Program-made: the position numbers and the translations under genes
The notes under the pieces: generated by a model
Databases searched by the model: none
Seen by the model: only the letters and a program-made list of their open reading frames with translations
Told to the model about the DNA's origin: nothing
Shown: positions 58,009-64,000 of the stretch, in pieces
Layout of the letters: each line of letters opens with the position of its first letter
Position numbering within the stretch: position 1 is the first letter of the stretch
IMG/VR virus record: IMGVR_UViG_3300032030_002018
Reading direction: 5' to 3' (one strand)
Source of the DNA: a virus
Lineage: Duplodnaviria; Caudoviricetes
Length of the DNA stretch: 64,000 nt

Positions 58009-59256
58009 TCACCCAAAAATTGCAGAACGAATTGGCTGATATTGTGGCAATTGTTTCATAAATGCATCAACAGTGTCTCTTTTACCTGTATATTTTCCAA
58101 CGTCTTCTGACAGTTTACAGGTATCGTTATAGAAATTCCAATCAGGTGATTCCTTTATTGCAACAAGTTTTATTACAACATTCATTGGTTTCACATCGTC
58201 AGCAATTCCACTCCAATCATTTGTGAAATGTGTTCCAATACCAAAACTTGGTTTGCATAATTTACAAGCTTCGTTATGTATTTCAATTGCGGTATCAGTG
58301 TCCAATGCGTTTGAGAAAATGACTTGTTTTGTCTTTGGGTCTATTCCGTAATCATTATATAGTTTGACGATTTTATTCAATTGCTCTATATTGTCACCGC
58401 TGTCAATCCTCAATCCCTTGAATTGGTTTGCATAAGCTTCTGTTATATTCAATTTGAATATGTCAAAACCATAACTATCATATAGATATATGCCTAATGC
58501 GCCATTATAAGCCTTGTCCCAGGCATCCATTGCCATTTTGTTCGCGTTGATTGGACCGCCATTCATACCTGCAATTCCACATACGAATTCGTGCGCCATT
58601 GTGCCAATTGGCGTTAGGTTGTATTTCATTGCAAGATAAGGATTACTTGTTCCAACGAATTTCCCGCATAGGCAATCGTATTTCTTTGAGCAGTCAACAA
58701 AAGCCTTTACGGCTACGTCTTGTGTTTGGAATGAACTTCTTCTTCTTGTTCCGAAATCAGAGAAGGTACAAAAATTGTTGAGTAATTTCTCTGCCTTTTT
58801 ATATGACTTCTCATAATATTCGTGGTAATCAAACTTAATGTCTTGTTCTGTCATTATATAATATAATTCAGAAACAATAGCCAATATCTTGACCTCCAAC
58901 AATATCGTATTCCACCAAGGCCCTTCAATGGTAATGTCTAGTGTGCCATCTTCGTTTTGGCTTGCTGAAGCATATTCTGAATGGTATCTAAATCCTCTTA
59001 AGAAGGTATAGAACCATTCAGGAAGATAATAGCATTTAAGTTTCAAGAAAGAAATTTCTTCTTCTGTAATCCTCAAATCCTCCAACATCTTTATTTGTTT
59101 GTTAACCTCTTCTGCGAATCCTTTTGGATATACTGTCTTATTTCTGTCAACAAACTTATAAATAACCCAAGCTTTAGGAAAATTAACAAGTACAGCCAAA
59201 CACATTGTCAACTTATACAAGTCGTCGTCTAAGAAATGATTTATAATTCTTTTCAT
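58009..59256 (-). CDS. pncB: Nicotinate phosphoribosyltransferase
   Basis: DLYKLTM, DFGTRRR, GTSN, GTMAHE, RIDSGD, FGIGT, KLSE. Confidence 0.93.
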   Translation of the reverse strand: MKRIINHFLDDDLYKLTMCLAVLVNFPKAWVIYKFVDRNKTVYPKGFAEEVNKQIKMLEDLRITEEEISFLKLKCYYLPEWFYTFLRGFRYHSEYASASQNEDGTLDITIEGPWWNTILLEVKILAIVSELYYIMTEQDIKFDYHEYYEKSYKKAEKLLNNFCTFSDFGTRRRSSFQTQDVAVKAFVDCSKKYDCLCGKFVGTSNPYLAMKYNLTPIGTMAHEFVCGIAGMNGGPINANKMAMDAWDKAYNGALGIYLYDSYGFDIFKLNITEAYANQFKGLRIDSGDNIEQLNKIVKLYNDYGIDPKTKQVIFSNALDTDTAIEIHNEACKLCKPSFGIGTHFTNDWSGIADDVKPMNVVIKLVAIKESPDWNFYNDTCKLSEDVGKYTGKRDTVDAFMKQLPQYQPIRSAIFG

Positions 59257-59822
59257 ATTACAATAACATTTTCTGTGTTTCCAATATATTCTGTAAATCC
59301 ACTTTCAGTTCCATCCGGTATTGCAGGACAAAAATCCTTTATAACATTGAATTTAACGCCTTCAAGAACATTCACGCCGTCTTTCACCGTGTCAGCAACG
59401 CAATAATTATAGGCAATACCAACAACATCAATCTCTTGAATATTGTTCGACAGTACTAAATCTTTAAATTTTGTGCAAGACTCCTCGTTCTTGAAAATTG
59501 AATATTCCTCCTTATTAGGATTAGTTCCTTTTGTGAGGATTATTGCGTTATTACCTTTAATAGCATTCAATAATGGTTCATATATTGCTGACCCTTTAGA
59601 ATATTGAAGACAATGTTCCGGCCATACGCCTAAATTATTAAAAAAAGAGCAGTGATTCACTGGATGAAAATCAACAGTACATACAACAAAATCATACTTG
59701 TCTTTGTTCCTATTAATATAGTCAACAAGATTATCCATTGTTTTTGTTGAACCTTTAACACCCAACTTACCGCCATCCATAAAATCGTATTGGCAATCAA
59801 TACAAAGAAGCATTTTTTTCAT
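59253..59822 (-). CDS. pncA: Nicotinamidase/pyrazinamidase
   Basis: IDCQYDF, DFHP..H.SF, WPEHC, KG, GIAYNYCV. Confidence 0.92.
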   Translation of the reverse strand: MKKMLLCIDCQYDFMDGGKLGVKGSTKTMDNLVDYINRNKDKYDFVVCTVDFHPVNHCSFFNNLGVWPEHCLQYSKGSAIYEPLLNAIKGNNAIILTKGTNPNKEEYSIFKNEESCTKFKDLVLSNNIQEIDVVGIAYNYCVADTVKDGVNVLEGVKFNVIKDFCPAIPDGTESGFTEYIGNTENVIVI

Positions 59823-60787
59823 ATTCTCACTTTTTCGTTTTTAAGTTTCCTTAATATTTCATTTTTCATTTGCCTAACCCTTTCTGTTGTAAGGTTTAGT
59901 TTCTCTGCTATTTCCTGTAGTTTATATTCTCTGTCAACCCCAATTCCGAACGACATTGATATAATTTCCCTTTCTCTTGGTTTTAATTTATTCATCATTA
60001 ACCCTACAATTCTTTGGTTAGCCTGTTGTTCTGCTTCTTCCTCATAAGAGTTAAATGATGCCGTATGTGAGTTATAGTTTCTACTCTCTCCGCTTGTTCT
60101 GTTCTCATCGTCATCAGAAGACGACATAGCATCAATTGAAGATACTTGCATATTGATTACGTCAATGTTCTTTACCTCAATACCCATCTTTTCATACAGA
60201 TATTCCTTGATTTCCTCTGTTGAAGGATTTCTGTGATACTCTTGCACAAACATATCTGTAGCCTTTGCGAGAGTGCTATATGTCTTTGTGATGTTACTCT
60301 TTCGTATAATTCCGTCAGTCTTTGCAAGATATAAATTAAGGTTTCTCCTAATATAATGAACTGCAAATGTAATGAACGAATTGGTATATTCCAGTGGATT
60401 GAAATTATCAATAGCCTCAAACAATGCCAGATTTCCCTCATCAATCAGGTCTTCGATATTGCTTTCATTACCCATTGCCCTTGCTGCTGAAATAACAAAC
60501 CTTTGGTTAGAAAGGACAATATTATTTCTAATTGACTCCAATTCGTTGATGTCAATTCCGTACTTTTGCTTTCCAATCCTCTTAACTTCTTCATTGGTTG
60601 GTTGGAATTTGTGTTCGTTGAAATAGGATGAACGTATCTTATCATACTTTTTCTTGATTTGATACATTCTCTCAAGCATACTCTTCTCTTCCTCCTTTGA
60701 GAGCATCTTGATAGTTTTAACATCACGAAAATAAGAGATGATAGTCTCGTTGTAAGCACAAACTTTTTTCTGTAAATTAATGACCAT
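59819..60787 (-). CDS. Sigma-70 family RNA polymerase sigma factor
   Basis: NQRFVIS, DLIDEGN, F.TFAVHYIR, region 4 LTTERVRQ. Confidence 0.92.
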   Translation of the reverse strand: MVINLQKKVCAYNETIISYFRDVKTIKMLSKEEEKSMLERMYQIKKKYDKIRSSYFNEHKFQPTNEEVKRIGKQKYGIDINELESIRNNIVLSNQRFVISAARAMGNESNIEDLIDEGNLALFEAIDNFNPLEYTNSFITFAVHYIRRNLNLYLAKTDGIIRKSNITKTYSTLAKATDMFVQEYHRNPSTEEIKEYLYEKMGIEVKNIDVINMQVSSIDAMSSSDDDENRTSGESRNYNSHTASFNSYEEEAEQQANQRIVGLMMNKLKPREREIISMSFGIGVDREYKLQEIAEKLNLTTERVRQMKNEILRKLKNEKVRI

Positions 60788-61301
60788 TCTTTTTAGGTTT
60801 AAGTATAACAATCGTTCTGTTTCCCTCATCCTTCGGCATAGACTCAGGTACAGAAACATCTTCAAGCATAGTTATGAATTCAAGGATAGATTTCTTATTC
60901 TCTTCCCTTCTTGACAATTCCCTTCCTTTCATAGTAAGAACCACCTTAACTTTCTTGTTCTCCTCAATGAACTTCCTTGCGTGGTTAGACTTTGTTTTCA
61001 AGTCATTACTTGCTATATTGACACTTAATTGTATCTCCTTTATCTGATTGGAAGGGTTTGGTTTCTTTTTTTCGTTTTTCTTTTGATTATATAGGAATTT
61101 GTCAAACTGACATATCCTTATTATAGGCATATCATTATTACGACCAATCTCCACCAAGTCCATTTCCATAGACTCTGCAATCTTTTTAGCCTCATATAAT
61201 GACACTACCTTGCTTTCAATTCCTTCTCCCACAATTCTGACATCTCCCTTGAATCTGATGTCATCATTGACTCTGTATTTTTTGTCTGCCAATTTATCCA
61301 A
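60777..61301 (-). CDS. infC: Translation initiation factor IF-3
   Basis: DLVEI, IKEIQL..I..NDL..K, KVKV..KGRE. Confidence 0.92.
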   Translation of the reverse strand: MDKLADKKYRVNDDIRFKGDVRIVGEGIESKVVSLYEAKKIAESMEMDLVEIGRNNDMPIIRICQFDKFLYNQKKNEKKKPNPSNQIKEIQLSVNIASNDLKTKSNHARKFIEENKKVKVVLTMKGRELSRREENKKSILEFITMLEDVSVPESMPKDEGNRTIVILKPKKNGH

Positions 61302-61362
61302 TGTTTTTACAGTTGCAAATGTAAGTTATTTATTTGATATAACCAAATATATTAACATATTT

Positions 61363-61728
61363 TTATACTTTTTCCCAAATAAGTTCATTATCCTTGCATT
61401 TATATGTTCCTTCTGTTATACCGCCATTTATAACAAATTGATGTATTAATGATTCAATATAATACAGATTATCAACAATATACTTATGCAATTCAAGCAT
61501 ATGCTTCTCAATATCATCGGGGAACGCTCTTCCATTTTCATTCTCCTCTGTTCCTTTAATGGCACTGTCACTATATCCCAATATCAATGCCATATCCTCT
61601 AACAAATGACTACCTATATTATATAAGTTTGTCCTGTCAACATAAATCTTGTTGTCACCTTCCTCCTGCAAGAAGAAAAAAGGTATTAGTTTAATGTGTT
61701 CCTTTGTGAGTTCAAGTTTCTTAATCAT
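61363..61728 (-). CDS. Hypothetical protein
   Basis: 121-aa ORF in operon. Confidence 0.7.
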   Translation of the reverse strand: MIKKLELTKEHIKLIPFFFLQEEGDNKIYVDRTNLYNIGSHLLEDMALILGYSDSAIKGTEENENGRAFPDDIEKHMLELHKYIVDNLYYIESLIHQFVINGGITEGTYKCKDNELIWEKV

Positions 61729-62332
61729 ATCCAGTATGTCCGTTTATTTCTTTTATTTTCTTTGCTCTTTCTTTTCTCTTCCTTACCATTTCACGATATA
61801 AACCGTAATCCTTCTTCTTTGTTTCCATTTCCAATCTTAATTTTTTTATTTCTCTCTCCGCAAGAGACAACGGTTCATAATCGTATAAAGTTATATCTAT
61901 ATCATTGCAAGTGTTGTTGAATATTTCTATAATCCTTTCCTTGTCTCCATTACCGTCAAACCTTGTTGCTCCAAGCAATGTTGAGCCAACTTTCTTTCCT
62001 TTATATATCACATTAACAAGTTTCAAACATTTCTCCAAAGCCTCGTAAGACAGATAGTCCTTCTCTACGTGCGGTCTGAACCTGTTGCCCTTGGTTATGA
62101 AACATATGATAAATGTAGGTTGTTCCTCCTTCTTACACTCCAATATCGTTCCCAATTTATTGATATCGCCATACCTACTGTTCAAGTTAGCCTCAAATAC
62201 ATAAGGATACATTGCCATAACCTTTCTTTGGAAACCCTCGCTCATAATAGCGTAAAGATTAGTACCGACTAGGATTACATCATATTTATCCAACTCATCA
62301 ATCAATTTGTCAGATTTAATTATATTAACCAT
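61721..62332 (-). CDS. Macrodomain-like protein (DarG/TARG1-like, tentative)
   Basis: D.I..GTN...M..G......YP....LG layout and a late G..RFDG.G segment. Confidence 0.55.
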   Translation of the reverse strand: MVNIIKSDKLIDELDKYDVILVGTNLYAIMSEGFQRKVMAMYPYVFEANLNSRYGDINKLGTILECKKEEQPTFIICFITKGNRFRPHVEKDYLSYEALEKCLKLVNVIYKGKKVGSTLLGATRFDGNGDKERIIEIFNNTCNDIDITLYDYEPLSLAEREIKKLRLEMETKKKDYGLYREMVRKRKERAKKIKEINGHTGYD

Positions 62333-63395
62333 TAACCTTAAATGATTCAGATTCTTTTAATTTATTTATCATTTCAAGTTCTTCATCAGTCAATTTCTTC
62401 GGCATCTTAGACTTTACAACACCAATCATCGACCCAACAATATTCTGACCATATGTTGGAAGACCTTTTCCCCTATACCTTATCTGATACCCATCCTCTG
62501 TACCACTTGGTATAACTGCTTCCATCTTATTTCCGTCAAGGTCATACACATCAACCTTACAACCAGTTATTGCATCAAGTACAGGTATCTCAATAAGGAA
62601 ATACAAATCACTTCCATTCCGCTCAAATTTGTCGTGACTCAATACTTCTATCTCAACAATCAAATCACCATTCACACCATCAGGTCCTGCATAGTTACCC
62701 TTTCCACTTACAACAAACTGCATACCGGTATATAATCCCTTTGGAACATCTATATCGCACTCTTGCTTACCTTCGACCATTCCGACGCCGTGACAATCAG
62801 GACAAGGATTGGTAACAAACTTTCCGCTTCCATTACAATAAGGACACTCTTCAATCCTCTGCATCGTCATCATACCATTCCTCTGTGTCTTGACAATCTT
62901 TCCGGTACCGTGACAATGCTGACAAACACGTTCCTCACTTCTGCTAGTTTTTCCTGTTCCATTACAAGTAGCACAAGGCACAATACACTTATACCTTATC
63001 TTCTTTTTTAGACCGTTCTTTACATCCTCAATCGTAATTCCAAGTTTCACCTTAACATCAGAACCTCTTTTCTGATGTTCTCTCTCACTGAACATATCCT
63101 CAAATGGGTTGAATCCAAATCCACCCATTCCTCCGTGGAAATGATTCATAAAATCATTTAAATCAAAGTCAAAAGAACCATTGAAAGCCGGATTGTCATA
63201 TTGCTTGCGCTTTTCTTCATCAGAAAGAACACTGTAAGCTTCATTGACTTCCTTGAATTTCTCCTCTGCTTCTTTATCTCCTTGATTTTTGTCAGGGTGA
63301 TACTTTATTGCAAGTTTCTTATAAGCTTTCTTTATTTCTTCCTGACTTGCATTTTTATTAACGCCTAATATACTATAATAATCTTTCTTCTCCAT
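62325..63395 (-). CDS. dnaJ: Chaperone DnaJ
   Basis: J domain HPD, G/F region, four CxxCxGxG repeats. Confidence 0.96.
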   Translation of the reverse strand: MEKKDYYSILGVNKNASQEEIKKAYKKLAIKYHPDKNQGDKEAEEKFKEVNEAYSVLSDEEKRKQYDNPAFNGSFDFDLNDFMNHFHGGMGGFGFNPFEDMFSEREHQKRGSDVKVKLGITIEDVKNGLKKKIRYKCIVPCATCNGTGKTSRSEERVCQHCHGTGKIVKTQRNGMMTMQRIEECPYCNGSGKFVTNPCPDCHGVGMVEGKQECDIDVPKGLYTGMQFVVSGKGNYAGPDGVNGDLIVEIEVLSHDKFERNGSDLYFLIEIPVLDAITGCKVDVYDLDGNKMEAVIPSGTEDGYQIRYRGKGLPTYGQNIVGSMIGVVKSKMPKKLTDEELEMINKLKESESFKVNG

Positions 63396-63444
63396 AGTTA
63401 AAATGGTTGGGGAATATTGTTTTCCCCCAACCAATTATTTAATG

Positions 63445-63999
63445 TTAAACTGTTTCAACGTCTTCCGCTCCACCACTATTTGAAGTGTTATAAGCCTTGG
63501 CAGATATCTCATTCCAAACAGATAAATTCTCCTTTTCAAGTTCATCTATCTTTTCAATGTCTTGATTCTTAACGGCTTCCTTTATCTTTTCATTTATTTC
63601 AGATACCTTTTTCTTGTCTTCATCAGTGAGTTTATCCTTCATATCTTCCATAAGGTTCTCATTATTGAATACCATACTATCAGCCTTGTTAAGTTTATCA
63701 GCCTTCTCTTTCTCCTTGGCATCATTATCAGCATTCTCTTCTGCCTCTCGTTTCATCCTTTCAATCTCTTCCTTACTCAATCCTGATGAAGCCTCAATCC
63801 TTATTGACTGTTCCTTACCTGTTGCTGAATCCTTTGCACTTACATTTAGAATGCCATTTGCGTCAATATCGAATGTAACCTCAATCTTTGGTACGCCACG
63901 TCTTGCTGGCATAATACCAGTCAATGCAAACATTCCAACAGACTTATTTTGTGAAGCCATAGGTCTCTCACCCTGCAAAATATGTATTGTTACCTCCAC
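63445..63999 (-). CDS. dnaK: Chaperone DnaK, C-terminal part (continues beyond the window)
   Basis: [25 protein letters not shown]. Confidence 0.96.
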   Translation of the reverse strand: MEVTIHILQGERPMASQNKSVGMFALTGIMPARRGVPKIEVTFDIDANGILNVSAKDSATGKEQSIRIEASSGLSKEEIERMKREAEENADNDAKEKEKADKLNKADSMVFNNENLMEDMKDKLTDEDKKKVSEINEKIKEAVKNQDIEKIDELEKENLSVWNEISAKAYNTSNSGGAEDVETV

Positions 64000-64000
64000 C

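Overview
AT-rich, gene-dense segment of a large (jumbo-class) phage genome, most likely infecting Bacteroidota/Bacteroidales. The host inference rests on many copies of the TTTG-N20-TAnnTTTG promoter and on host-like OmpA, TyrRS, IF3, DnaJ, DnaK and sigma-70 genes. The genetic code is standard. Main result: a compact CRISPR-associated TnpB/Cas12f-like nuclease (414 aa, intact RuvC, 10360-11604) sits next to a 10-repeat CRISPR array (9510-10134), with no cas1/cas2 in the window. The ~225 nt between them is homologous to the omegaRNA (reRNA) of an IS607-type TnpB remnant in the same window (6648-6790). In the CRISPR locus the omegaRNA 3' end is replaced by an anti-repeat, and the pseudoknot partner appears to come from the CRISPR repeat, which suggests a TnpB-to-type-V intermediate. 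A third, orphan omegaRNA copy abuts tRNA-Gly. Second candidate system: five structured ACAGCAAU-motif RNAs, two fused to tRNA bodies and one directly upstream of a DUF2828/TROVE-like vWA gene, resembling a Ro60/Y-RNA-like system. Also present: about 20 tRNA or tRNA-like genes (two with group I introns, many non-canonical), two unidentified larger ncRNA candidates, two IS605 elements, four orphan DNA methyltransferases, PncA/PncB NAD salvage plus PARG/macrodomain genes, BspA-LRR/MucBP adhesin-like genes, and small proteins sharing an LTESDL N-terminal leader. All calls were made by eye; no database searches were run.
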